64,000 nt of DNA from an uncultured Chloroflexia bacterium (GCA_963763185.1 CAVXNZ010000004.1:10791-74790), one strand, 5' to 3'; counted from the first letter of the stretch, positions 1 to 9,633 are shown. Numbers and translations are program-made. Notes: generated by a model from the sequence alone, not told the origin.

Positions 1-1629
1 CACCTCCTCCGACTGCGGCCGGTAGAGCGGGCGTGAGTTGTTGATCGGGACGGGTGGTATGGTCGCGAAGTTCCAGGGCGGTGGCGGTGAGGACGTAGCC
101 CATTCAAGCGTCCACGCGTTCCACGGATTGTCCCCAGCGGGTTCACCATGACGCGCACTCTCCCAGATGTTGATGACGAACAGCAAGGTCGCGAATGCCA
201 TGACGAATGCGCCGACGGTCTCGATGAAGTTAATCGTGGCCCAGCCGGGCAGCGCCGGATAGGTGTAGACGCGGCGCGGCATGCCCATCAACCCGATGAT
301 GTGCATCGGGAAGAAGGTCAGGTTAAAGCCGATGACCATCATCCAGAAGTGCCACTTGCCCAATCGCTCACTGAGCATGCGACCGAACATCTTGGGAAAC
401 CAGTAGTAGGCTCCGGCGAACATGGCAAACGCCGTCCCGCCGAAGAGGACGTAGTGGAAATGTCCGACTACGTAGTAGGAGTCGGTGAGCTGCCAGTCGA
501 GCGGAACATTGGCGAACTGAACGCCGGTGATGCCGCCAATGGTGAACTGCGCGATGAAGGCGATGCAGAAGAGCATGGCGGTGGTGAGGTGGAGTTGCCC
601 GCCCCACATCGTCCCGATCCAGTTGAAGACCTTGATGCCGGTCGGAATGGCGATCGCCATGCTTGCCGCGCCGAACGCCATGTCCGCTGGGAATCCAAGG
701 CCGACGGCGAACATATGGTGTGCCCAAACGCCGAACGACAGGAGTCCGATCAGTGCGCCGGAGGCGATCACGATCGCGCGGCCGAAGAGTGGCTTGCGCG
801 AGAAGACCGGGACAATCTCGGAGATCATGCCGAAGGCGGGCAGCACCATGATGTAGACCTCGGGGTGTCCGAACCACCAGAAGAGGTGCTGCCAGAGGAC
901 CGGGTCGCCGTTTGACGATGGGACGAAAAACTTCGTGCCGAGGGTGCGATCGAACAGGAGCATGATCTGCGCGGCGGTGAGGCTGGGAATCGCATAGAGA
1001 ATGATGAAGCCGTTGATGAAGGACATCCAGACGAAGACCGGCATCCGCCGCATGCTCATTCCTGGCGCTCGCTCGGTGATGACGGTGACGACGATGTTGA
1101 TGCCGGTCCCGATCGTTCCGAAGCCGGTGATCATGACACCCAGCGTCCACCAGTCGATGTTGTGGCGCAGCGTGTAGGGAATTTCGGTCAATGGAGCGTA
1201 GGCAAACCAGCCAGCGTTCGGCGGGGCGTCGTTGGCGATGCCGTAGTAGAGCACGATGCCGCCGAAGACCAAGAGCCAGAAGGTCAGCGCGTTAAGCCGT
1301 GGAAAAGCCATATCGCGCGCGCCGATCATCAACGGCATGAAGTAGTTGATGAATCCGATCAGCATCGGCATCACCACCAGGAAGATCATGGTGGTGCCAT
1401 GCAGGGTAAACATCCCGTTGTACTGCGACGGCGTCAGCGCGTGGGATTCCGGAAGCGCAAGCTGAACGCGCATCATCAACGCCTCGATGCCGCCGATGAT
1501 GAAGAAGAAGAGGGTGGCCCCCAGGTAGAGCAAGCCAATCTTCTTGTGGTCGGTCGTCGTCACCCACTCGAGTAGCTTCTCGTAGTGACGCGACTGCGGC
1601 AGGTCTTGAGCGTGTTCGGCAGTTGCCAT
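1..1629 (-). CDS. ctaD: cytochrome c oxidase subunit I (heme-copper oxidase); 3' end lies beyond the window edge
   Basis: Absent from the supplied ORF track because it has no stop inside the window. Hand translation of the minus strand from the ATG at 1629 gives MATAEHAQDLPQSRHYEKLLEWVTTTDHKKIGLLYL... It contains WWFGHPEVYIMVLPAFG, VWAHHMF and YYVVGHFHYVLFGG. It starts 2 nt after the subunit II stop. Confidence 0.95.
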   Translation of the reverse strand, partial: MATAEHAQDLPQSRHYEKLLEWVTTTDHKKIGLLYLGATLFFFIIGGIEALMMRVQLALPESHALTPSQYNGMFTLHGTTMIFLVVMPMLIGFINYFMPLMIGARDMAFPRLNALTFWLLVFGGIVLYYGIANDAPPNAGWFAYAPLTEIPYTLRHNIDWWTLGVMITGFGTIGTGINIVVTVITERAPGMSMRRMPVFVWMSFINGFIILYAIPSLTAAQIMLLFDRTLGTKFFVPSSNGDPVLWQHLFWWFGHPEVYIMVLPAFGMISEIVPVFSRKPLFGRAIVIASGALIGLLSFGVWAHHMFAVGLGFPADMAFGAASMAIAIPTGIKVFNWIGTMWGGQLHLTTAMLFCIAFIAQFTIGGITGVQFANVPLDWQLTDSYYVVGHFHYVLFGGTAFAMFAGAYYWFPKMFGRMLSERLGKWHFWMMVIGFNLTFFPMHIIGLMGMPRRVYTYPALPGWATINFIETVGAFVMAFATLLFVINIWESARHGEPAGDNPWNAWTLEWATSSPPPPWNFATIPPVPINNSRPLYRPQSEEV

Positions 1630-1631
1630 TC

Positions 1632-2720
1632 CTATTTGAGCCCTTCCAGGTAGGCGACGAGGGCGTTCAGCTGATCTGGTGAAAAGTGGAAGCTCGGCAT
1701 GCGCGTTCCTGGTTTGATCTGCTGTGCATTGTTGATCCAGCGTGCCAGGTTCTCCGGATTGTTGACGAGCACGCCCGAGCCGATCCAGCCACGCTGGCCG
1801 AAGTCGGTCAGGTTCGGGCCGACCCGGCTGAGTACGTGGCAGGTGACGCAGGTATTGCTCTCGAAGATCTGCTGGCCCTGCTTGGCGAGGGCGGTCGACG
1901 GTGGCGGTGGACCGTTGCGCTCGTTGGCGACCCAGGCGTCGAAATCACTTTTCGACTGCGAGACGACCCGGATCATCATCCAGGCGTGTTCGGTGCCGCA
2001 ATACTCACTGCAGAAGCCGACATAGTCACCGGTTTGCGTCAGCTTCAGGTGCATGTCGTTGATCTTGGCCGGAATTGCATCCCGTTTCCAACCAAGCGCG
2101 GGAACCCAGAAGCTGTGAATGACGTCGCCGCTGGTGATGTTGAGCACGATCGGGGTGTTCGTGGGCAGGTGAATGTCCCCGGCGGTATCGATGCCGTAGC
2201 TGGGATACTGGAACTCCCACCACCATTGATGGCCAATGACGTTGATCTGGATCGGGTCTTTGAACGACTGGTTGACCGAACTCATGGTGAACCCGGAGTA
2301 GATGGCGAGTGCGGTAAGCATCAGCACCGGGATACCGATCCAGGTTGCCTCGATCTTCCGGTTGCCCGCTGTCTGAGCCGGCTCACCTTCCTGTCCGCGG
2401 TGACGATATCTCAGGAGGATAACGGTCAGGAGCCCAAAGACAATCAGGAGGACAATGCCGGACAAGATGAAGACGGTGATGAATTGGTTGTTGATGACCT
2501 TGCCCTCGATGCTGATCGGGGCCAGCGTGCGGAACCCGTTCTCGCAGTTACCCGCGGTCGGTGCGGACGGGAGATTGTTGCACCCGGCCGGGTTCATCTG
2601 GTGCAACCAGTTTCCGACATCGCAGCCGGTTAATATGATCAATAGGAGGCTGAGGGGAAGCAGCGCCCGAAGGCGGCGCGGACTCAAGACGCTCAGACGT
2701 TCTTTTCCCAAACGATTCAT
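1632..2720 (-). CDS. ctaC: cytochrome c oxidase subunit II with fused C-terminal cytochrome c domain (caa3-type)
   Basis: 362-aa ORF. CuA site CSEYCGTEHAWM, HSFWVPALG, C-terminal heme-c motif CVTCH, and an N-terminal lipobox LTGC. Confidence 0.93.
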   Translation of the reverse strand: MNRLGKERLSVLSPRRLRALLPLSLLLIILTGCDVGNWLHQMNPAGCNNLPSAPTAGNCENGFRTLAPISIEGKVINNQFITVFILSGIVLLIVFGLLTVILLRYRHRGQEGEPAQTAGNRKIEATWIGIPVLMLTALAIYSGFTMSSVNQSFKDPIQINVIGHQWWWEFQYPSYGIDTAGDIHLPTNTPIVLNITSGDVIHSFWVPALGWKRDAIPAKINDMHLKLTQTGDYVGFCSEYCGTEHAWMMIRVVSQSKSDFDAWVANERNGPPPPSTALAKQGQQIFESNTCVTCHVLSRVGPNLTDFGQRGWIGSGVLVNNPENLARWINNAQQIKPGTRMPSFHFSPDQLNALVAYLEGLK

Positions 2721-3086
2721 GATGCTCCTCAGGGCCCCCTCCTGGGTGAGAAGGTCAACCGAACATTGTCCTTTTTAGCTCTAGGCGACTTCAGCCTAAG
2801 GGCGTGTCAGAATAATTGGGACAAAAAAGTGAGAAAGGACGTGAATTGTCTCGTCTGGTCGGTCGATTTGTAGTCCCAACGGCCGTGACCTCGCGCCGCA
2901 CAATTCATGCCTATGATGCAAACCTTACCAATCCCAGCCCTATCGACTTCGGTTGCGGCGAGACTAGCAATTCCGTGGCCGAGACGCGTGAGAACCAGTG
3001 GGTTCCTTCGTTTGGGGTAATACTGGCGACTACCCGCCCGTTCACCGCGCGGGGACGGGAGTTGGTGATCCGTCAGGAAACCGGGA

Positions 3087-3111
3087 CCGAGCGACGCATC
3101 GCGTCGCTCGG
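3087..3111 (-). terminator. hairpin downstream of the SDR gene (11-bp stem ccgagcgacgc/gcgtcgctcgg, 3-nt loop)
   Basis: Perfect inverted repeat about 50 nt after the SDR stop. The minus-strand tail GGTTTCC is only weakly U-rich. Confidence 0.4.
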
Positions 3112-3161
3112 CTGAATCTTGAATTACGGTCGACTGTTATCAAGTCTTTCAGGTGGCTGAG

Positions 3162-3929
3162 TTACCAAAGCGCGGTGACACCGCCGTCCACGACCAGCAT
3201 CTGTCCGGTCATGAACGAGGAGTCGTCGCTCGCCAGGAAGAGCGCGGCGCGCGCCAGCTCCTCCGGCTGGCCGATACGCTTGACCGGCATCCGTTCGATC
3301 ATGCTTTGCTCGTGCTCGCCCGGGTCGGACCGCTCTCCGTGAAGAAGCGGCGTATTGACGGGACCCGGGCACAGGGCGTTCACGCGGATACCTTGCGCCG
3401 CGTGGTCGACCGCGATGGCGCGGGTCATCCCGACCAGCCCTGTCTTCGAGGCGCAGTAGGCCGCGGCGTTCTCGGTGCCGACCAGCGCCAGTTCAGACGC
3501 AGTGAAGATCAGCGATCCGCCTCCCGACTCGAGCATGCGAGGAATCGCATGCTTGGCACAGAGAAACCCGCCGCGGAGATTGACCGAGATCACCCGGTCG
3601 AACGCATCCTCCGGCATATCGATCACGTTGTAGCGTGCGCTGATGCCCGCGTTCGAGAACATCACGTCGAGACGACCAAACTTGTCGATGGTCATCTCTA
3701 CCAGTTGCGCCACCTGCTGGCTGTCGCTGACGTCTGTCGGCTTCCCGAGTACCGACGCGCCGAGCGACTCCACCGCGCTCTTCAATCGGTCCGCATTGAT
3801 ATCCGCCAATACAACACGGGCTCCTTCGGCAACGAAGAGCCGTGCGGTCGCCAGGCCAATGCCCGATGCTCCACCCGTGATGATCGCCACTCGTCCCTCG
3901 AGTCTTCCCGCCATGGTTCGTTCCTCCAC
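3162..3929 (-). CDS. SDR family oxidoreductase
   Basis: 255-aa ORF with the TGGASGIG cofactor motif and the YCASK (YxxxK) catalytic motif. Confidence 0.92.
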   Translation of the reverse strand: MEERTMAGRLEGRVAIITGGASGIGLATARLFVAEGARVVLADINADRLKSAVESLGASVLGKPTDVSDSQQVAQLVEMTIDKFGRLDVMFSNAGISARYNVIDMPEDAFDRVISVNLRGGFLCAKHAIPRMLESGGGSLIFTASELALVGTENAAAYCASKTGLVGMTRAIAVDHAAQGIRVNALCPGPVNTPLLHGERSDPGEHEQSMIERMPVKRIGQPEELARAALFLASDDSSFMTGQMLVVDGGVTALW

Positions 3930-4047
3930 AACTCCGGCGTCGCGCCATTCCTGCTCGTTGCGCTACTCTACCCTAGACCTGCCTGTTTGGCTGGTGGGCA
4001 CGAGAACGGCACCGGACCCACTGGTGTCGCGAATTGAGGAGTTGACG

Positions 4048-4836
4048 ATGGATCTGGAACTCGCGGGAAAAGTGGCGCTCGTACCGGCGTCGAGCCAGGG
4101 GCTCGGCCGGGCGGTCGCGGTGGCGCTCGGGCGTGAAGGCGCCAAAGTGGCGATGTGCAGCCGTGCTCAAAAGTCGATCGAAGAGGCGGCGACGGAGGTG
4201 CGGGCGACTGGAGCCGAGGTGATGGCGATGGCCTGCGACGTCACCAAAGCCGATCAGATCGAGGCGCTGGTGAGTGCCGCCGTGGGTCGCTTCGGCGGGG
4301 TCGACATTCTCGTGACCAACGCGGGCGGTCCTCCAGCGGGCACGTTCGATCGCTTCAGCGACTCCGACTGGCAGGCCGCCTTCGAGTTGACGTTGATGAG
4401 CTCGGTCCGGCTCATCCGGGCCGTACTCCCCTTGATGCGATCACGGGGTGGCGGCTCGATCGTCGCGATGACGTCGTCGTCGATCAAACAGCCGATCCCG
4501 AACCTGCTCCTGTCAAATGTGATGCGCTCGGGTGTCGCGGCGATGATCAAGACGCTGGCGGACGAGGTGGCCGGAGACGGCATTCGTGTGAATACCGTCG
4601 TGCCGGGACGCATCGCGACGCAACGTATCGCGCAGCTCGATCAGGCCAATGCGGAACGACAGGGCAAAGACGTCGAGACCGTCCGTAACCAGTCGCTGTC
4701 CCAGATTCCAATGAGCCGCTACGGCGAGCCGTCGGAGTTCGGGGACATGGTCGCGTTCCTGGCCTCGCCCCGTGCGTCCTACATCACGGGTGCGACGGTC
4801 CAGATCGACGGCGGCATGATTCGCTCGCTCTGGTAA
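4048..4836 (+). CDS. SDR family oxidoreductase (3-oxoacyl-ACP reductase-like)
   Basis: C-terminal 263 aa of track ORF 3643..4836. ATG at 4048 (MDLELAGKVALVPASSQGLG...) is preceded by GAGGAG. The longer N-terminal extension overlaps the divergent SDR gene and looks non-coding. Confidence 0.88.
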   Translation: MDLELAGKVALVPASSQGLGRAVAVALGREGAKVAMCSRAQKSIEEAATEVRATGAEVMAMACDVTKADQIEALVSAAVGRFGGVDILVTNAGGPPAGTFDRFSDSDWQAAFELTLMSSVRLIRAVLPLMRSRGGGSIVAMTSSSIKQPIPNLLLSNVMRSGVAAMIKTLADEVAGDGIRVNTVVPGRIATQRIAQLDQANAERQGKDVETVRNQSLSQIPMSRYGEPSEFGDMVAFLASPRASYITGATVQIDGGMIRSLW

Positions 4837-4844
4837 TTCAGCGC

Positions 4845-5723
4845 CTACCGCGCTGACTCGGGCTCCCAGTGCCAGCCCTTGCCTCGTGAAGTGACATAAC
4901 CGATACCGGGGAACGGGAAGTGGTAGATCAGGACACGAGCATTGTCGGCCACGACCCGGTCATAGACGCGGCGCCGGGTTTCGATGGCGACCTCCGGCAG
5001 GAAATCAAACGCGGGCTGCCAGGTTGGTTCTGCCAGGTGAACTGGGTTGATGGCGACGTCGACCAGGTTCAGTAGTTGGTCGTTGCCGGATGCGATGACG
5101 AGGCCCATGTGGTGGGTGGTGTGTCCTGGAGCCGGGAGGGCGAAGATGCCGGGCACGATCTCCTGGCCCTCGTTCCCTTCGATGAGGTCGATCTGGCTCT
5201 CGATCGGCGGTAGGTAGGTGCGGGCCCAGTTGCCCATGAACTGGTCGAGTTCGCCAAGATTGTGGAGCGTACCGGCGGCGGCTTTTTCCAGGTTGATCTC
5301 GTCCGTCCAGAAATCCCACTCGCCCTGACGCATCACGATTCGAGCGTTGGGGAAGACAGAGTTGCCTTCGGCGTCGATGGTCGTGCCGATGTGGTCCGGG
5401 TGGCCATGGGTGAGGATAACGGTATCGATGCTATCCGGCTCGATGCCAGCCTGGCGCAGATTCTCGACCAGGTGGCCAGTGGTCGGAGCGAAGGGTCCGA
5501 TGCCCGCGTCGATTAGCACCCGGTGGTTCCCAGTGTTGACGATAACCGACGTGAGCGACGACTGGACCATGTCGGTCGGCATGCCCCGCTCTTCGAGCAC
5601 GCGGTTGCGCTCCTCTTCTGGCGCGTTCCCGAAGACCACCATCGCCGGAAATGCCGACATTCCGTCGGTTACCGCCACGCAGTCGAACTCACCAACCGAA
5701 AACCGGTGAATCGTCTGACTCAC
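4845..5723 (-). CDS. MBL-fold metallo-hydrolase
   Basis: 292-aa ORF with the HGHPDH (HxHxDH) motif. RBS GAGGAGG lies just upstream. Confidence 0.9.
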   Translation of the reverse strand: MSQTIHRFSVGEFDCVAVTDGMSAFPAMVVFGNAPEEERNRVLEERGMPTDMVQSSLTSVIVNTGNHRVLIDAGIGPFAPTTGHLVENLRQAGIEPDSIDTVILTHGHPDHIGTTIDAEGNSVFPNARIVMRQGEWDFWTDEINLEKAAAGTLHNLGELDQFMGNWARTYLPPIESQIDLIEGNEGQEIVPGIFALPAPGHTTHHMGLVIASGNDQLLNLVDVAINPVHLAEPTWQPAFDFLPEVAIETRRRVYDRVVADNARVLIYHFPFPGIGYVTSRGKGWHWEPESAR

Positions 5724-5737
5724 TCATTCCTCCTCAA

Positions 5738-5764
5738 CACGAAGAAAACCCGTGTACGCACGGG
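5738..5764 (-). terminator. intrinsic-terminator-like hairpin immediately upstream of the MBL hydrolase RBS
   Basis: Minus strand reads cccgtg-cgta-cacggg followed by TTTTCTT. It ends about 15 nt before the RBS and ATG at 5723. Confidence 0.5.
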
Positions 5765-6006
5765 CGCTAACCTGAGAATGACGCAACTTTGCGCTGTCCA
5801 GCAATTGGCTGGCGGGTCTTGTTTCCAAGAGGAAAGCTGCGTACACTGGAAGTGTACGCAGCGTGTGGCGCAGCGCCAGGCGACGCCCGTTGTGAGTACA
5901 GCCGAGCAGCTGTTTTCCGGGGGTTGTGATAGCTGCTCAGCAACCGGCCTCCCAAGGGCCGGAGGGAGCCGGACACTGACACCGGCTCCTTACTTTGTGA
6001 ACGACT
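5765..6006 (-). promoter_or_regulatory. highly structured leader or 3'UTR RNA (several perfect hairpins) between the 104-aa ORF and the MBL hydrolase gene
   Basis: Perfect stems in plus coordinates: gctgcgtacac/gtgtacgcagc (5836-5862), gagcagct/agctgctc (about 5904-5938), ggagccgg/ccggctcc (about 5965-5989). No protein-like ORF in this stretch. Confidence 0.4.
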
Positions 6007-6321
6007 TCAGTGGGCAAGCAATTCCATAATCGTATTCTGCGTGCCGTCCGTCATCTCGAGCGGCTCCAGTTTCGCCCCGACCAGTTCTCCCTGGTGGGTA
6101 TGCCCGCTGGTGATCAGGTCGAGCTGATCGTTATTCCGCTTGCGCCAGAGAACGAATCCGACCTCGGTCAGCCCGTGCACCTCATGGAGCTCGAGACGAT
6201 AGTCATCGCTATCGATGGTCGTTGCGTTCCAATTCGCCCGTTGAATACGTTGCATGAGCTTGCTCGCGGTATCCACCTGTCTTCCAAACTCCGCTTTCTC
6301 GCCACGCTGGACCGATTCCAA
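6007..6321 (-). CDS. hypothetical protein (104 aa)
   Basis: Same strand as, and downstream of, the EamA gene. Amino-acid composition is protein-like. The competing plus-strand ORF 6010..6372 cannot be fully excluded. Confidence 0.5.
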   Translation of the reverse strand: MESVQRGEKAEFGRQVDTASKLMQRIQRANWNATTIDSDDYRLELHEVHGLTEVGFVLWRKRNNDQLDLITSGHTHQGELVGAKLEPLEMTDGTQNTIMELLAH

Positions 6322-6417
6322 CGTGAGAACGAACCACTCAAGATCTGTGAATCCGGTGGATCACGAGCATGAGTCGTGCCAGTGGAGTTGCTTGGGCCTT
6401 CTGAGCGCGGAACCGCG

Positions 6418-7278
6418 TCAGCCGATTGCCAGCGCGACGATGCCGATGACCATGGTTCCGGCGGCAATCAGACGCCGTGATTCATGCCCTTCCGCCAGAA
6501 GTCGCGCACCCATCAGCGTGCCGATGACGATACTGATCTCCCTGGCTGGCGCGACATAGCTGACGGGAGTGAAGGTCATCGCGGTGAGCACCAGGACATA
6601 GGCGAGCGGGCTCAGTACGGCCACCCCGACAACTTCCCAGCGGAACTTCGACCAGAGCGCGCGCACCTCGGCGGGCCGGCGAATCGCCAACGGGGCGAGA
6701 AAGACACTGCGGACTGCCGACGAGCCGAGATCCTGGATCAGTGGGGGGATCATCAACGTGCTGACGGCGTGCTTGTCCCACAGTGTGTAGGTTGCGATGA
6801 AGAGTCCGGTCAGGAGCCCGAAGGCGATGGCTTGATGATTGCCCGCCGAGCGGAGTGCGCTGGGACCACCGGTGAAGATGAAGATACTCGCGATGACCAG
6901 TACGGCACCGCACGCGCCGATGATGCTCGGACGCTCGCCAAGAATCACGATGGCGCCGATGGTCGCGAGCGTCGGTCCGGTGCCACGAGCGAGCGGGTAC
7001 ACGAGCGAGAGATCACCGACCCGATAGCCCTTCTGCAAGATGAGGAAGTAGCCGATGTGGATGATGCCACTACCGCTAATGAAGATGATCTCGAGCGGGC
7101 CGAATGACGGATGCTGGAGCAGGATGATGAGGAGAACCAGGGGCGAATAGAGGAGAATCGAGAGCGTTCCGAACAGCCAGATGAAGGTTGGCCCACCGCC
7201 GACCCGTTTCACCAGCAGATTCCAGGATGCGTGGATGAAGGCGGCGACGAGGACGAGCGCGAGCGCCAAAAGAGACAC
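6418..7278 (-). CDS. EamA/DMT family transporter
   Basis: 286-aa ORF, about 10 hydrophobic helices, duplicated EamA-like halves. Confidence 0.88.
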   Translation of the reverse strand: MSLLALALVLVAAFIHASWNLLVKRVGGGPTFIWLFGTLSILLYSPLVLLIILLQHPSFGPLEIIFISGSGIIHIGYFLILQKGYRVGDLSLVYPLARGTGPTLATIGAIVILGERPSIIGACGAVLVIASIFIFTGGPSALRSAGNHQAIAFGLLTGLFIATYTLWDKHAVSTLMIPPLIQDLGSSAVRSVFLAPLAIRRPAEVRALWSKFRWEVVGVAVLSPLAYVLVLTAMTFTPVSYVAPAREISIVIGTLMGARLLAEGHESRRLIAAGTMVIGIVALAIG

Positions 7279-7511
7279 GGCAGAGGCCCCTGTTTTACTT
7301 CCCTGGCGGCCAAGCGCCAGGCACGGTGATCCGGCTACCTCAAGCCTTTTCTGCCGTCAGTTGTGCGATCGAATTGTCGACCGTGGCGCCGCTCGGACCA
7401 GTCCCCGTCTGCCCTGATTGTGGATGGAGGTACGGGCGTTGGGCGGAACCCTAGGCGCAACCACAAGCTAGGCGGAGTATAGCACCGCCTGGTTTGGGCC
7501 GGATGTGGGGA

Positions 7512-8936
7512 TCAGAACGATAATCTTTCCCGCAGCTTCTCGGCATCGTTGGTCTGGAACTGATTCCGCCCTGCTCTCTTGGCGGAATAGAGTGCGGTAT
7601 CCGCCCGCGCGAGAAGTTCGTCCGGGTCAATCGTCTGAGTACTCGCGATTGCGATACCAAGACTGGCGGTAATGGTCACCGCTCCACTGGCCAGCGGCAC
7701 GGGAATCCGGACGGCGTCGAGGACACGCGCCGCTGCCCGCTCGGCGTCGTTCAGGCTGGTCAGTCCTTCGAGGAGGATGATGAACTCGTCTCCACCAAGT
7801 CGCGCCACCGTCTCACCAGACCGAACACTGGTGCGCAGTCGCTCTCCAATTCGCACCAGCAGTTGATCACCGGTCGAGTGACCGAAGTGGTCGTTGATGC
7901 CCTTGAAGCCATCCAGGTCGAGATAGAGGATGCCGACCTTCTCACCGGATCGCTCGGAGCGCGCCAGAGCACGGCGAAGGTCATTCAGCAGCAGCGCCCG
8001 GTTGGCAAGCTGGGTGAGGGGATCATGTAGTGCTTGCCAGTGCAGGCGGTCTTCCAACCGTTTCCGGTCGGTGACATCGTGCGCGGTCACGACGATGCCA
8101 CGGATGAGCGGATTGTCGACCTGATTCGTGCCAATCGCTTCATACAGGCGCCAGCTTCCGTCTGCGTGCTGAAGTCGGATCTCGACGCGCTGCTGTCCAC
8201 CCGGGTTCTTCAGAATCTCTGAGAACGCTTGCGCGACACGCGGTCGATCCTGCTGGTGGATCGGGCTCTCAGCATCGTCCTTCGCCAGGTTCTCAAGCGA
8301 CCCGCCAAAGACCTGGCCCGCACGCGGGGTGTACGACAGGATCGTGCCGTCCGGACTGACGACCGAGATGATGTCGGTGGAGTACGTCAGCGCGGCTTCC
8401 AGTCGTTGGTAACGCTGCGCTATCGTGCGCATCGTTGAGATCGCGATCGCGTCGGCAGCGACCTTCCCGAGAGCTTGAACGTCGCCGCTCCTGCTGCCAG
8501 TTTCACCGGGGACAGTGCATAGCACGACCGCAACGAGGTCGTTCTCAGCGATCACCGGAGTCGCCAGCACTGACCGGATCTGTTCATCCGGCTGGTCAGT
8601 CTCTTCGATTGCGAAGGCCACTGCGTCGCCCTGGATCAATGTTTCGGCACGTGACTCCAGTTCATGGCGTACCGTCTGGTCCTGGTCATCGTCGAGCGGC
8701 GCTCCCGGCGTCAGGACGCGATTGAATTCGAATATGCGTTCGTCGCTCGGTCCCTGCCGGGCAACCTGGTAGACAACCAGCCGCATCGGTTCGATGGCGC
8801 GCGCGCAGAGGCGCAGCGTCTCGCCCAGAGCGTGCTGGATGTCGTCACTCGTCAGGATCCTGCGTAGCGAGCCGGTGGCCACGTCGAGGAACGGTCCGGT
8901 GGTGTCGGAGTGAGTCGAAGCTGCGTCGCGATCCAT
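7512..8936 (-). CDS. GAF/PAS sensor diguanylate cyclase (GGDEF domain)
   Basis: The last 475 aa of track ORF 7512..9323. ATG at 8936 (MDRDAAST...) follows GGAGAGGA. Contains RLGGDEFIIL and a PAS-like block. The longer ORF version overlaps dcd and is Arg/Ser-rich, which looks like noise. Confidence 0.9.
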   Translation of the reverse strand: MDRDAASTHSDTTGPFLDVATGSLRRILTSDDIQHALGETLRLCARAIEPMRLVVYQVARQGPSDERIFEFNRVLTPGAPLDDDQDQTVRHELESRAETLIQGDAVAFAIEETDQPDEQIRSVLATPVIAENDLVAVVLCTVPGETGSRSGDVQALGKVAADAIAISTMRTIAQRYQRLEAALTYSTDIISVVSPDGTILSYTPRAGQVFGGSLENLAKDDAESPIHQQDRPRVAQAFSEILKNPGGQQRVEIRLQHADGSWRLYEAIGTNQVDNPLIRGIVVTAHDVTDRKRLEDRLHWQALHDPLTQLANRALLLNDLRRALARSERSGEKVGILYLDLDGFKGINDHFGHSTGDQLLVRIGERLRTSVRSGETVARLGGDEFIILLEGLTSLNDAERAAARVLDAVRIPVPLASGAVTITASLGIAIASTQTIDPDELLARADTALYSAKRAGRNQFQTNDAEKLRERLSF

Positions 8937-9096
8937 AGAGCGTTCCTCTCCAGGGTAGCCGAATGACCGTCGGCGCGCGGAATTCCGTTCGTGAAGTCCA
9001 CGCGAAACTACCGTATGCCATTCGGATTCTGACGAACATGGGAGAGAAGAGTGAAATAGGTACGGGACGCGATGCCCCGGCTGCTCAGGCGAACGT

Positions 9097-9633
9097 CTAT
9101 GGCCGGAGGCGTTCGCCCTGGTACTGCCCGGCGTAGCCCTGGGTTGTCGCTTGTTCGAGCCGGTGGAAAACGAGCTGGACGATGCGCGCGTCACGTTCGA
9201 CGCGGAAGCCCGCCGGGTTGTAGACGACCAGCAGCGCGACCCCCTGGCCGGAGTAACCCGCATCCCAGACAGCCGTATGGAGCGCCACACCGGAACGGAG
9301 CAGGCTGGAGCGTGGCCGCGCATAGGCCATCACGTCAGCGGGCAAGTTGACCGTCTCATTGAAGCGGACGAGATATGGGCCGGGCTGGAGCGTGACCGAG
9401 TCTCGTTCGTCGAACGAGAGCGGCTCGGCGTCTGGCAACACCCGGCGCTGGTTGTCGGTCGCGAGCGTGCCAGGTCCGGTGAAGACGGCAACCGCGGCCA
9501 GCGTGAGGTCGATGCCGTTTGGTTGCAGCTGAGATTCGCGATCGGCCAGGTGATCGATAATTGGCGTGTCGGCATCCAACAGAGCGGCGATCTGCTCGCG
9601 ACTCAGAACCGCGCCCTCTGGACGATCACTCAC
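9097..9633 (-). CDS. dcd: dCTP deaminase / dUTPase-superfamily protein
   Basis: 178-aa ORF. NGIDLTL, PRSSLLRSG and VWDAGYSG are typical of the short Dcd family. Confidence 0.85.
   Translation of the reverse strand: MSDRPEGAVLSREQIAALLDADTPIIDHLADRESQLQPNGIDLTLAAVAVFTGPGTLATDNQRRVLPDAEPLSFDERDSVTLQPGPYLVRFNETVNLPADVMAYARPRSSLLRSGVALHTAVWDAGYSGQGVALLVVYNPAGFRVERDARIVQLVFHRLEQATTQGYAGQYQGERLRP

Noticed and set aside
148-1575. Track ORFs 148..915(+), 368..1150(-), 527..856(+), 1162..1575(+) and others inside the first 1.6 kb.
   Set aside because: All overlap the unlisted minus-strand cytochrome oxidase subunit I frame, which carries unmistakable heme-copper oxidase motifs. The listed ORFs are Arg/His/Asp-rich out-of-frame or antisense artefacts of GC-rich DNA.
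5761-5800. CTGAGA-containing stretch (aacctgagaatgacgc) considered as a TPP riboswitch core.
   Set aside because: The other conserved THI-box elements (the ACCTGATCTGGATAATGCCAGCG-like segment) are absent on either strand.
8937-9323. N-terminal 129-aa extension of the 603-aa version of the GGDEF ORF.
   Set aside because: It overlaps the dcd gene in another frame, is Arg/Ser-rich, and an internal ATG at 8936 has a good RBS.
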